The notes under the pieces: model-generated
The model's input: the letters and a program-made list of their open reading frames with translations, nothing else
The model's database searches: none
Told to the model about the DNA's origin: nothing
Source of the DNA: Polyangiales bacterium
GTDB lineage: Bacteria; Myxococcota_A; Polyangia; Polyangiales; Ga0077539
Assembly: GCA_044229975.1 (NCBI GenBank)
Contig: JBGARZ010000033.1
Span: forward strand, 1-36,004
Direction of reading: 5' to 3'
Length of the DNA stretch: 36,004 nucleotides
Position numbers and translations under genes: made by a program
Shown here: one piece after another, positions 19,647 through 29,402 of the stretch
How the letters are laid out: every line of letters starts with the position of its first letter
Position numbering within the stretch: the stretch's first letter is position 1

Positions 19647-20798
19647 ATGATGCGCATCGGCTCCCGGCTCGCCCGCCTGGCCATTTCCGACATCCGCGCG
19701 ATGACCCGCGCCTGCGACGCCGTCGGCGGCATCAACCTGGGCCAGGGGGTCTGCGACCTCCCCACGCCAGCCCCCGTCGCCGACGCCGCCGTCGAAGCCG
19801 TCCGCGCCAACAAGGCCATCTACGCGCCGCCCGAGGGCATCGCCCCGCTGCGCGAGGCCGTCGCCCACAAGCTCCGCGACCACTACGCCATGGAGGTCGA
19901 CCCGGCCTCCGAAGTAGTCGTCACCGCGGGCGCCACCGGGGGCTTCGCCGCCGCGATGATGGCGCTGCTCGACCCGGGCGACGAGGTGATCTTGTTCGAG
20001 CCCTACTACGGCTATCACCTCAACACGGTGGTGGCGCTGGGCATGGTGCCGGTGCTCGTCCCGCTGCGGCCGCCGTCGTGGCAGCTCGACCCGGCTGACC
20101 TCGCGCGCGCCGTCACCGCCCGCACCCGCGCCGTCGTGGTCTGCACGCCGTCCAACCCCAGCGGCAAGGTGTGGTCGCCCGCCGAGCTCGATCAGCTCGC
20201 GGCCTTCTGCGAAGCGCACGACCTCCTCGCCGTCACCGACGAGATCTACGAGCACATCGTCTACGACGACGTCGCGCATGTTCCGCTGGCGACGCGACCC
20301 GGCATGCGCGAGCGCACCGTCACGCTCTCCGGGTGCTCCAAGACCTTCGCCGTGACGGGGTGGCGCGTCGGCTACCTCACCGCGCCGCCCGACGCCGCGC
20401 GCCGCATCGCGGTCGCCCACGACCTGCTCTACGTGTGCGCGCCCACACCGTTGCAGCACGCCTGCGCCGCGGGGCTCGCGATGCCGCGCGCGTACTTCGA
20501 CGACCTGTCGGCGCAGTACCGCGTGAAGCGCGACATCCTGTGCGACGCGCTCACCGACGCGGGTCTCACGCCCAACGTTCCGGCGGGCGCGTACTACGTG
20601 CTGGCCGACGCGCGACCGCTCGGGAAGGCGACGGCGCGCGAGGCGGCGTATCGGCTGCTGGAGGAGACGGGCATCGCGTCGGTGTCGGGCGCGAGCTTCT
20701 ACCGCGACCCGGTGGGCGAGACGCTGCTGCGCTTCTGCTACGCGAAGGACGACGACGTGCTGCGCGAGGCCGCCCGGCGGCTGCGCGCGCGGACGTAG
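19647..20798 (+). CDS. PLP-dependent aminotransferase class I/II
   Basis: INLGQG, TPSNPSG, TDEIYE, SKTFAVTGWRVG (PLP lysine). Confidence 0.92.
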   Translation: MMRIGSRLARLAISDIRAMTRACDAVGGINLGQGVCDLPTPAPVADAAVEAVRANKAIYAPPEGIAPLREAVAHKLRDHYAMEVDPASEVVVTAGATGGFAAAMMALLDPGDEVILFEPYYGYHLNTVVALGMVPVLVPLRPPSWQLDPADLARAVTARTRAVVVCTPSNPSGKVWSPAELDQLAAFCEAHDLLAVTDEIYEHIVYDDVAHVPLATRPGMRERTVTLSGCSKTFAVTGWRVGYLTAPPDAARRIAVAHDLLYVCAPTPLQHACAAGLAMPRAYFDDLSAQYRVKRDILCDALTDAGLTPNVPAGAYYVLADARPLGKATAREAAYRLLEETGIASVSGASFYRDPVGETLLRFCYAKDDDVLREAARRLRART

Positions 20799-20811
20799 CG
20801 ACGTCCGGAAG

Positions 20812-20916
20812 AGAAAAGGCCGCCAGGGCGCAAGGGTCGCAAGGAGAGGAAGGTTTCTCCGTGCAGAACCTCATGCCTTCGATCCTTGCGACCCTTGCGC
20901 CCTGGCGGCCCTTTCT
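20812..20916. repeat. Inverted pair of the dispersed repeat forming a long hairpin between convergent genes
   Basis: 34-bp arms at 20812-20845 and 20883-20916 with one mismatch. Confidence 0.85.
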
Positions 20917-20931
20917 CCGGCCGCGACGAGT

Positions 20932-21762
20932 TCAACCTGCGGGCGTGAGATCGGCGAGCGAGCGCGGGATGAGCTTCGGCCCGTAGAAGTACGAGACCAC
21001 GCCGACGACGCGCGACCAGCGGGTGCCCATGACCACGCCGGGGATGGTGACCATCTCCTGGGTCATCTTCGCGCCGTTGCGATCGGAGCTGATCTGGATC
21101 TCCCCGCGACGATCGGGCACCGCCGCGACGGTGATGTTGGAGACCTCGACGAGCACGCCGATGAGGGCGGCGTTGTGGGTCGTGAGGTCTTCGACGGTCA
21201 CGCGCACGGGCGTGGGCTGCGGCGCGACGCCTGCGCTGCGAATGGTGGGCTCCCTCACCTGCGGCAGGAAGCGCCCATCGGGGAAGGGCTGCGCCGGAGA
21301 GCCGCAGACGCCCGAGCAGTCGAACTCGTCGTACTGCCCGCCGGACATGTCGACGAGGTCGCCGATCTTGGGGCGATAGGCGAGCGGCGCGAATTGCGTG
21401 TTGAAGGTGGAGATGCCGCAGACGCGCGCACTGTTGTCGGGCAGCAGCGGGCACGGCAGAAACCGGTCGGTGGTGTCACCCGGCGCGATGGTCTCCTGGA
21501 CGTAGACGGTGCCGAGGTCACCATCCATGGTCTCGTCGAGCTCGTCATAGGCCGTGACCTGGAGGTTGCGCGCGTCGACGGGCGCGCCGAGGTACGGGCG
21601 GCGGAGGTCGGCGTTGGGCTGTCGCAGCACGGCGAGCGGCGTGGTGCCCTGGAGGTACGGGCGATTGCACGAGCGGTCGGGCTCGTCGCAGCGGGTGGTG
21701 GAGTCCCCGCAACCCGCGAGGCTGAGGGCGAACAAGGCCGGGACGAGCAGGGAGCTACGCAC
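20932..21762 (-). CDS. Lipoprotein with OB-fold-like domains
   Basis: GTG at 21762 gives lipobox LAGC; IGVLVEVSNITV and GVVSYFYGPKLIPRSLAD resemble OB-fold modules of extracellular nucleases. Confidence 0.65.
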   Translation of the reverse strand: MRSSLLVPALFALSLAGCGDSTTRCDEPDRSCNRPYLQGTTPLAVLRQPNADLRRPYLGAPVDARNLQVTAYDELDETMDGDLGTVYVQETIAPGDTTDRFLPCPLLPDNSARVCGISTFNTQFAPLAYRPKIGDLVDMSGGQYDEFDCSGVCGSPAQPFPDGRFLPQVREPTIRSAGVAPQPTPVRVTVEDLTTHNAALIGVLVEVSNITVAAVPDRRGEIQISSDRNGAKMTQEMVTIPGVVMGTRWSRVVGVVSYFYGPKLIPRSLADLTPAG

Positions 21763-21895
21763 GGCGGCGACGCTACCAGAGGCCGCGGCGAAGGGCGACA
21801 CGCGGGACGGCGACATCCACGCGACACAAGCGACGACCGCGGGTGGAAAACGCCACACTGGCGATCGCTCCCGATGGGGTACACGTCGGGCGCCG

Positions 21896-22042
21896 ATGGA
21901 AAAGCCGGAGCGCTCGTGGTGGCAATCGATGAAGGAAGACGCGACGTACCGCGCGACATTCCTCGCGGTGTTCGTGGTGCCGGCGCTGTTGATGGGGGGA
22001 GTGGCGGTGTGGGTGATGCGCGCGATGGCGACCGCGCACTGA
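21896..22042 (+). CDS. Small (48 aa) single-pass membrane protein
   Basis: MEKPERSWWQSMKEDATYRATFLAVFVVPALLMGGVAVWVMRAMATAH; GC-biased third positions; fills the gap between genes. Confidence 0.55.
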   Translation: MEKPERSWWQSMKEDATYRATFLAVFVVPALLMGGVAVWVMRAMATAH

Positions 22043-22045
22043 CGA

Positions 22046-23224
22046 TCAGTCGCGGCGGTACATCGTCACGACGCACGCGCCGCCGAGGCCGAGGTTGTGC
22101 TGGAGCGCGACGCGGGCATCGGCGACCTGGCGCTTGTCGCACTGGCCGCGGAGCTGCCACACCAGCTCGGTGCACTGCGCGAGGCCCGTCGCGCCGAGGG
22201 GATGACCCTTCGACAACAGGCCGCCCGACGGGTTCACCACGTACTTGCCGCCGAAGGAGTTGTCGCCCGCGTCGATGAACTTCTCGGCCTCGCCCTCACC
22301 GCACAGCCCGAGCGCCTCGTAGGTGATGAGCTCGTTGGCGGTGAAGCAGTCGTGCAGCTCGACGACCTGCACGTCCTTCGGCCCGATGCCCGCCTGCGCG
22401 TAGACCTTGTCGGCCGCGGTCTTGGACATGTCGTAGCCGACCATCTTCATCATCGAGTCGCCGAAGCTCGATGCGTAGTCCGTCGTCATGGCCTGGCCCG
22501 CGATGTACACGGGGTTGGCGATGCCGTGCTTCCTGGCGAACTCGTCCGAGCACAGCACCGCCGCCGCCGCGCCGCAGGTGGGCGGGCAGCACTGGAAGCG
22601 CGTGAGCGGGTCGAACACCTCCGGCGCCGCCATGATCTCGTCGAGCGTGAGCGTGTCGCCGAAGAGGGCGTAGGGGTTCTTGTTGGCGTGCTGGCGGGCC
22701 TTCCAGGCGATCTTGCCGAAGGTCTCCTTCTTGGTGCCGTAACGCCAGCGGTACTCGCGGCCCGCGCCGCCGAACATCTGCGCCGCGAAGGGCGCCTGGT
22801 TGACGCCCTGCGCGTCGTTCATGACGGTGACGTGCTTGTCGAGGGGGTTGGTGCGGTCGTTCCACTTGGCCTGGAGCGCGCCCTTCTCCATCTGCTCGAA
22901 GCCGATGGCGATGACACACTCCGCGACGCCGCCCTCGATGGCCTGCTTGGCGAGCATGAGCGCCGTCGACCCGGTGGAGCAGTTGTTGTTCACATTGAAC
23001 ACCGGGATGCCCGTGAGCCCCACTTCGTACACCGCGCGCTGCCCGCAGGTGCTGTCGCCGTAGACGTAGCCCGCGTACGCCTGCTCGATCTCCGCGTACG
23101 GAACCCCCGCGTCGGTCAGCGCGTCGCGCGCCGCCTTGGAGGCCATCACGTTGTACTCCTCGCTCGCGCCGGGCTTCGCGAACTTCACCATCCCGACACC
23201 GATCACATTTACGCGTCGTCCCAT
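22046..23224 (-). CDS. SCP2/SCPx-type thiolase (lipid-transfer protein family)
   Basis: NVNNNCSTGS, ELHDCF, NPSGGLLSKGHPLGATG, HNLGLGG. Confidence 0.93.
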   Translation of the reverse strand: MGRRVNVIGVGMVKFAKPGASEEYNVMASKAARDALTDAGVPYAEIEQAYAGYVYGDSTCGQRAVYEVGLTGIPVFNVNNNCSTGSTALMLAKQAIEGGVAECVIAIGFEQMEKGALQAKWNDRTNPLDKHVTVMNDAQGVNQAPFAAQMFGGAGREYRWRYGTKKETFGKIAWKARQHANKNPYALFGDTLTLDEIMAAPEVFDPLTRFQCCPPTCGAAAAVLCSDEFARKHGIANPVYIAGQAMTTDYASSFGDSMMKMVGYDMSKTAADKVYAQAGIGPKDVQVVELHDCFTANELITYEALGLCGEGEAEKFIDAGDNSFGGKYVVNPSGGLLSKGHPLGATGLAQCTELVWQLRGQCDKRQVADARVALQHNLGLGGACVVTMYRRD

Positions 23225-23266
23225 GTTCAGGTCCTCACCGTTTTTCGGGGTTGTTCTGCCGTCCGC

Positions 23267-25873
23267 TCACGAGTTCTTCAACAGACCGAGACGGTGCGCC
23301 ACCCGCACGTCGCCGTCGACGCGCAGCCCGCCGTGCATGAACAGCGACTTCGCGTCGGCCTTCCCCTCGGCCAGCGCCGCGAGGTCACCATCGGACACCG
23401 TCACGAAGGCCGCCGCGGCCGTGTTGCGCCCAGGCGTCACCGTCGACCCATCGACCACCCACTGGCTGTCGGGCCCCGTCACGTTGAACTGAACAATCGC
23501 CCCGAACTCGGTGGAGAGCGCGGGGTTCTTCGCGAAGCGATCGGCCAGCGCCTTGAACACATCGGGCGCCTTGGCCACCGCGGGCGCTGCCGCAGGAGCC
23601 GGTGCCGCGGCGGGCGCTGCGGCCTTCGCGACCACCTCACCAGAGCCAGCCGCTGGCGCTGTCATGGCTCCTTCCATCGCCTTGCGATCGATCTTCTGGA
23701 GGAAGTCGAGCTTCTGCGAGGCCATCACGTTGCCCGAGATCTTCAGCTTGCCCGACGTGAACAGCTTCATCGGGTTGGCCTTGCCCTCGGTCATGGCCAT
23801 GAAGTCCGCGTCGCTGAGTTCGAGCGTGCACTCGGGCCGCGCGGTCTCGCCCGGCGCGACCTTGTTGAGCTTCAGGTCCAGCGTCCACTGTGACTCCGGC
23901 GCCGTCAGCTTGAACTGAAACACCGTCGCCACCTTCGCGGCCACGTCGGGGTTCTTCTGGAGGTACGCCCCGATCGCCTCGAACACGAGCCCGCTCGTGA
24001 CCTTCGCGGGCGCGGCGCTCGCCGGTGCTGCACTCGCAGGCGCTGCAACGGCCTTCGCCTTCTTCGTCGGAACCTCCGTGTACAGCTCCACGGCGGCGTT
24101 GGAGATCACGACCTTGTCGCGCTCCTTCACCTTGCAGCGGAACACGATGCGCGTATCCGACTCCTTCCACATCTCGGTGACGATGGTCTCGCCCGGAAAC
24201 ACCGTGTCGGCGAAGCGCACCTTGATGGACTTGAAGCGCCGCGTGTCCCCGCCGCAAAACGCCTTGATGACGTGCCGCCCCGCGTACCCGAACGAACACA
24301 GCCCATGCAGGATGGGCTTCGCATACCCGAACGCGCCCGCGAACCCCGGGTCGGCGTGCAGCGGGTTCCAGTCCCCGGAGAGGCGGTAGAGCAGGGCCTG
24401 TGACTCGCTGGTGGAGTCTTCGAGCACCGCGTCGGGCGCACGATCGGGCGGCACGTTGACGTCGGCGCTCGGCCCACGATCGCCGCCCCAACCACCGGCC
24501 CCACGGACGAAGGTGGTCACCTCGTTGATGGCGAGCAGCTCGCCGTCCTCGTCGTAGCTCTTGGTCTCGTTGACGACGACGGCCCCTTTGCCCTTGTCAT
24601 AGATGGCCTTCACCCGCGCCTTGTGGGTGAGCTTCTGCTTGGTCGGGAGCGGGCGCAGCAGCTCGGTGTACTGCTCGCCGTGGAGGATGCGATCGAGGCC
24701 GAAGTTGAAGCCCGGCGCCGTCTCGCCGCGGCGACCCATGTCGAGGATGCCGTTGACCACCGGGACCACCGCGTAGGTGGGCAGCGCCTGGAAGCCCTCG
24801 TTGAGCTCGTAGACGTACTGGAGGTCGTTGGCGTCGAGCGGGTTGCGGCTCGCGCCGACGCCCAGCGCGTAGAGCGCCATGTCGCGCTCGTCATACCGGC
24901 TGGTGTATTCGGGAAACTGGTACCCGAGCGCCTTGTCGACGTCGATGAAGTCGTTGCCGCCCTTCGACGGACCGGCCTCCACGTTGGCCATGATCGGCGC
25001 CATGGACTCGTTGACCGAGCCGGGGTGCTCGCTCTTCGCGAAGTCGCTGATCTCGCCCCACTTCGCCTTCACCTGCTCCGGGCCGAAGCCGCGGCCGAGG
25101 CGGAAGGTGGCGCCCGCGGTGCGCTCCCAGCGGAGCTTGCCGATGAAGCCGCCGCCCACTTCATACAGCCCGCCCGTGTCGGAGTTGCTCTCGTGGCTCA
25201 AGAAGGCGACGAGCGGCGAGACGAACTCCGGCTTGAGGTTTTCGAGCAGCTCCTTGGGGAGCACCGTCTCGGTCATGCGCGATCCCGCGATGGGGGCGAT
25301 GGTGTTGACGAGGACGTTGTTCTTCTTGCCTTCGAGGGCGAGCGTGCTGGCGAAGCCCACGACCCCGAGCTTGGCCATGGAGTAGTTGGCCTGCCCGAAG
25401 TTGCCGTAGATGCCCGCGGCCGACGACGTGAACACCACGCGCCCGTACTTCTGCTCGCGCATGTGCGGCCACGCCGCGGCCGTCACCCGGTACGCCCCGA
25501 GGACGTGCACGCGGTACACGAGGTCCCAGTCCTCGGCGGTCATCTTCTGGAAGGAGACGTCGCGCAGGATGCCGGCGTTGTTGACCACGATGTCGACGCG
25601 CCCGAAGGCGTCGATGGCGCTCTTCACGATGGCCGCGCCGTCCTCCACCGAGTCGTAGTTGGCCACGGCCTCGCCGCCCTCGGCCTTGATCTGCTCGACC
25701 ATCGCGTCGGCCGCCGCGCTGCTCTTGCCGCCGCCGGTGTGCGAGCCGCCGAGGTCGTTGACCACCACCTTCGCGCCGCGCTTCGCCAGCAGCAACGCAT
25801 GCGAGCGACCGAGCCCGTTGCCAGCCCCCGTGACGATCGCGACCCGCCCGTCAAACCGAAGTTCGTCTGCCAT
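23267..25873 (-). CDS. Peroxisomal-type multifunctional enzyme 2 (SDR dehydrogenase + MaoC-like hydratase 2 + two SCP2 domains)
   Basis: TGAGNGLG, NNAGILRD, YSMAK; hydratase motif YRLSGDWNPLHAD..ILHGLC; two SCP2-like C-terminal domains. Confidence 0.93.
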   Translation of the reverse strand: MADELRFDGRVAIVTGAGNGLGRSHALLLAKRGAKVVVNDLGGSHTGGGKSSAAADAMVEQIKAEGGEAVANYDSVEDGAAIVKSAIDAFGRVDIVVNNAGILRDVSFQKMTAEDWDLVYRVHVLGAYRVTAAAWPHMREQKYGRVVFTSSAAGIYGNFGQANYSMAKLGVVGFASTLALEGKKNNVLVNTIAPIAGSRMTETVLPKELLENLKPEFVSPLVAFLSHESNSDTGGLYEVGGGFIGKLRWERTAGATFRLGRGFGPEQVKAKWGEISDFAKSEHPGSVNESMAPIMANVEAGPSKGGNDFIDVDKALGYQFPEYTSRYDERDMALYALGVGASRNPLDANDLQYVYELNEGFQALPTYAVVPVVNGILDMGRRGETAPGFNFGLDRILHGEQYTELLRPLPTKQKLTHKARVKAIYDKGKGAVVVNETKSYDEDGELLAINEVTTFVRGAGGWGGDRGPSADVNVPPDRAPDAVLEDSTSESQALLYRLSGDWNPLHADPGFAGAFGYAKPILHGLCSFGYAGRHVIKAFCGGDTRRFKSIKVRFADTVFPGETIVTEMWKESDTRIVFRCKVKERDKVVISNAAVELYTEVPTKKAKAVAAPASAAPASAAPAKVTSGLVFEAIGAYLQKNPDVAAKVATVFQFKLTAPESQWTLDLKLNKVAPGETARPECTLELSDADFMAMTEGKANPMKLFTSGKLKISGNVMASQKLDFLQKIDRKAMEGAMTAPAAGSGEVVAKAAAPAAAPAPAAAPAVAKAPDVFKALADRFAKNPALSTEFGAIVQFNVTGPDSQWVVDGSTVTPGRNTAAAAFVTVSDGDLAALAEGKADAKSLFMHGGLRVDGDVRVAHRLGLLKNS

Positions 25874-26099
25874 GAGATTGCCCGCTCCTGTGGGTGGTGA
25901 CTGAATCGTCGTTCAGCCGACGGCGCGGACGGTAGCGCCAACGTTCGGAAGCAAACAAGGGGGACCATGGTCGCCCGTGGAGTGATCGAGCCATTGAGGC
26001 GTGCGGTCCGGTTGGGTTGCGGCTCTCCATGGTCGTTCAGGTACACGCTCGTCACGCGCTGACCCATCGGCGCAGACCTCGCGTAGCATCGCGGCCCCT

Positions 26100-27350
26100 A
26101 TGCGCTCCCACACCACTCCGCTCTCTGCTGTCGTCCTGCTCACGCTCTCCTCCTGCGCGACGACGCCGGCGGCGCGACCGACCACGCCCAACCCCGGCGA
26201 GGCCACCACCGCCACCTCCACCGCGACCGCGCCTGGTGGAACGAATGAGACCCCGGCGCAGGTCGTCGCCCGCCTGCTCTCGGCGGAGGGGACGACCGCC
26301 CTCACCCCGCAGCAGATCGACGTCGGCGGAACGCTGCACCTCGTCGGCCACGGCACCGCCGCGGCGACGGTCACGCACGAGGGGGAGCAGTTCCAGATCG
26401 CGCTGCCCGTCGGCGCGGCGGAGCCCGTGCGGTGCATCGTGTTCAACGAGAGCATCGACCCCGCCAACGCCCTGCGCCGCGTCTACGAAAACCTCCGCCA
26501 CGAAAACGCCGACATGGAGATTCGCAGCGTCGGCGCGGGCTTCGTCGGCGACACGCCCCACCTCGACGCGCAGGCTCTCTACGTGGTGGGGCCGGCCGAG
26601 CGGCGCCTGCTCGGTCACGTGAAGTTCCGCGTCTTCAACGTGCACGAGCGCGGCTTCGTGTGCCTCCACGACGAGCCCGGCTTCGCCGCCACCTTCGACC
26701 GCGCGACGCGCCCGTTGCTGGAGGTCGCGGCGCAGACGCCCCGCCCATACCGCTACGTCCTCACCCTCGACGGCAGCCCCTGCGGCTGGATGACCGGGCA
26801 GACGGCGACCGCCCGCAACGAGACCACCGACGTCACCCTCACGTCCTTCCTCATCGCCCGCAGCGCCCAGGAGATGGTGGCCTCCGACCACGTCACCATC
26901 GAGCGCTACAACCGCGCCGGGGAGATCAGCGAGGAGCGCATCGTCGAGAACGACGACGCCGCGGAGTCCAACTACCTCGTGCGCCGCACCGCCACGCCCC
27001 GGCGCTACCACGTCGAGGGCCGCCACCTCGGGCGCGACATCGCCGGCGACTTCACCGCCGCCTCGGCCCTCATCGCCAGCAACCCCGCGTCCGCGCGCGC
27101 CTACCGCGCCCTCACCGCGCCGCGCGCGCCTGCCACCGTCAACATCCTTGGCTACGCGGGTGACAGCCCCCTCACCGCGACCACGGAGACCTACGGGCTG
27201 GAGCGCGTCGTCGACGCCCGCCGCGCGTGGCTCACCCAGCGCACCGGCGAGGTGCAGGCCCGCATGCTCGTCGGCTCGGAGGGCATCGCCGACGAGGTCT
27301 CCGTCGCCCTCGCAGGACGCGCGCTGGCGTTTCGCCTGGTCACCGAGTGA
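26100..27350 (+). CDS. Hypothetical lipoprotein
   Basis: ATG at 26100, lipobox LSSC, Thr/Pro linker then beta-rich sequence. Confidence 0.7.
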   Translation: MRSHTTPLSAVVLLTLSSCATTPAARPTTPNPGEATTATSTATAPGGTNETPAQVVARLLSAEGTTALTPQQIDVGGTLHLVGHGTAAATVTHEGEQFQIALPVGAAEPVRCIVFNESIDPANALRRVYENLRHENADMEIRSVGAGFVGDTPHLDAQALYVVGPAERRLLGHVKFRVFNVHERGFVCLHDEPGFAATFDRATRPLLEVAAQTPRPYRYVLTLDGSPCGWMTGQTATARNETTDVTLTSFLIARSAQEMVASDHVTIERYNRAGEISEERIVENDDAAESNYLVRRTATPRRYHVEGRHLGRDIAGDFTAASALIASNPASARAYRALTAPRAPATVNILGYAGDSPLTATTETYGLERVVDARRAWLTQRTGEVQARMLVGSEGIADEVSVALAGRALAFRLVTE

Positions 27351-28159
27351 GGGCGGTCGCAGTCGGCGTGCTGCTCGTCGCGTGCACCCGATCGGCGACG
27401 GTCGCGCCGCCCGTGGTGACCGCGCCGCCGTCAGTGACAGTGCCTCCGGCGGTGACGACGACGGCCGCACCCGCCGCACCGACGACGACCACGGCGGAGA
27501 CGGCCCCGGTCGCCGTCACGGTGCCGGTGCTCAGCGACCTGCCCGTCGAGGTGATGGCGGACGCACCGTCGTCCGTGCGCGACGCGCGCTTCGAGCTCCC
27601 CACCCGCGAGGGCGCCTGGTCGGAGATCGCGGCCGTCCGCGGCGACGAGGCGTCACCGCGACCCGTGGCCGCGCAACGGGCCGCGAGCTTCCTCGTGGAC
27701 TTCGATCAGGAACCCCTACGCGCGATGTGCACGGAAGCAGCGCCGACGGCGGAGGCCGTGATCGCGATGGCCGACGCGCGCATCACCCGGAAATCGCTAG
27801 CGGTGGGTCTGGTCACGGCCTCGACCGCGGCGGCCGGGCGCGAGGGTGATTGCACCGAGCACGCGGTGGTGACGGCGGCGCTGCTGCGCTGTCACGGGCA
27901 CCCCGCGCGGCTCGCGGTCGGGATGCTGGTGGTGCGGCTCGCGGGCGGGCGTTGGTTCGCGGGCATGCACATGTGGGCCGAGTATTACGACCACGGTTGG
28001 CGCGTGGCGGACGCGACCTTCCCCGAGCGCCACGGCGAGGTCGCGCACCTGCGGATGGACCTCGTTCGCGACGAGGGCCCGGCGTGTCAGCGGGACATGA
28101 TGCGGGCGCTCGTGGGAACTCCGCGGATGCGGCTGCGGGTGTCGGCGCGACCGCAGTAG
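27347..28159 (+). CDS. Transglutaminase-like (Cys-His-Asp) lipoprotein
   Basis: GTG at 27347 overlaps the upstream stop; lipobox LVAC; GDCTEHA, HMWAEYY, WRVADAT. Confidence 0.82.
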   Translation: MRAVAVGVLLVACTRSATVAPPVVTAPPSVTVPPAVTTTAAPAAPTTTTAETAPVAVTVPVLSDLPVEVMADAPSSVRDARFELPTREGAWSEIAAVRGDEASPRPVAAQRAASFLVDFDQEPLRAMCTEAAPTAEAVIAMADARITRKSLAVGLVTASTAAAGREGDCTEHAVVTAALLRCHGHPARLAVGMLVVRLAGGRWFAGMHMWAEYYDHGWRVADATFPERHGEVAHLRMDLVRDEGPACQRDMMRALVGTPRMRLRVSARPQ

Positions 28160-28190
28160 CGACGCGCCTCGGAAGGGGTACGAGTACGAC

Positions 28191-29402
28191 TCAACGAGGG
28201 ACTTGGAAGATCGAGAAAAGCCGCAAGGGCGCGAGGGTCGCAAGGGAGGAGCAACAAGAGCGACCGCCCAGGCGTCGGCCGCTGTGCTCGTGGCGGTCGA
28301 TCGCCTCCAGCTTCTCGCGCGCCCAGGTCGAGAAGGTGCCCGCGACGATCTGCGCGCGCGCCTCGGTCATCAGCGACAGGTAGTGATGCAGGTTGTGCAT
28401 CGACAGCAGGCGCTTCCCGAGCGGCTCGCTGCACTGCGTGAGGTGGTGCAGGTACGAGCGGCTGTACCCGCGGCACGTCGAGCACCCGCAGCTCGCGTCG
28501 AGCGCGTTGTCGTCCGTCGCATGGAAGGCCCGGTTGAGCTTCACCCGGCCCGTCGACGTAAACGCCGTCCCCTGCCACGCGAGGTTGGTCGGCAGGATGC
28601 AATCGAACAGATCGACCCCCGCGAGCATCGCTTGCAGGAGGTCGGGCGGCGTCCCGACGCCCATCAGGTAGCGCGGTCGCTCGGGCGGCAGCAGGTCGGC
28701 CGCCATGGCCGTGATGTCTTCTCGCTGCGCGCGTGAGTCGCCCACCGCGAGCCCACCAATCGCAAACCCGTCGAAGGGCTGCTGCGTGAGGAAGGCCGCC
28801 GACTGCCGCCGTAGCTCTGGGAAGACACCTCCCTGCATGATGGCGAAGAGCGCCTGCGGGGAGTCCGTTCGCGCGGCGAGCGAGCGCAGCGCCCAGCGGT
28901 GGGTGCGCTCCATCGCAGCGCGCGTGGTGGCCTCGTCGGAGCGCGCGTCGACGCACACGTCGAGCACCATCATCACGTCGGCGCCGATGGCGGTCTGCAC
29001 CTCGATGGAGCGCTCGGGCGACAGCATGTGCACCCGCTGGTCGATGTAGCTGCGGAAGCGCGCGCCGCGCTCGTTGATGGTGCGATCGCCCGGCAGCGAG
29101 AAGATCTGATAACCGCCGGAGTCGGTGAGCATCGGGCCGTTCCAGCCCATGAACCCGTGGATGCCGCCGACGCGGCGGAAGAGCTCGACGCCCGGTCGCA
29201 GCATCAGGTGGTAGGTGTTGCCGAGCACCACCTGGGTTCCGACTTCGGCGAGGTCGGCGGGGGTGAGGCCCGTCACCGTCGCGCGCGTCCCCACCACCAT
29301 GAACGCCGGTGTCTGCACCGCGCCGTGCGGCGTGACGAGCGTGCCGCGACGCGCCCGCGAGCCCGGGTCGACCGCGCTCACCGTGAACGGAAACGCCGTC
29401 AC
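28191..29402 (-). CDS. tgt: tRNA-guanine transglycosylase
   Basis: LGNTYHL, TDSGGYQ, QGG, GGLAVG, RYLMGVG, DLFDC, zinc site CGCSTC...HN. Confidence 0.92.
   Translation of the reverse strand: MTAFPFTVSAVDPGSRARRGTLVTPHGAVQTPAFMVVGTRATVTGLTPADLAEVGTQVVLGNTYHLMLRPGVELFRRVGGIHGFMGWNGPMLTDSGGYQIFSLPGDRTINERGARFRSYIDQRVHMLSPERSIEVQTAIGADVMMVLDVCVDARSDEATTRAAMERTHRWALRSLAARTDSPQALFAIMQGGVFPELRRQSAAFLTQQPFDGFAIGGLAVGDSRAQREDITAMAADLLPPERPRYLMGVGTPPDLLQAMLAGVDLFDCILPTNLAWQGTAFTSTGRVKLNRAFHATDDNALDASCGCSTCRGYSRSYLHHLTQCSEPLGKRLLSMHNLHHYLSLMTEARAQIVAGTFSTWAREKLEAIDRHEHSGRRLGGRSCCSSLATLAPLRLFSIFQVPR
28214..28248. repeat. Dispersed repeat copy overlapping the 3' end of tgt
   Basis: AGAAAAGCCGCAAGGGCGCGAGGGTCGCAAGGGAG, same family as 10277 and 20812. 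Confidence 0.7.
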
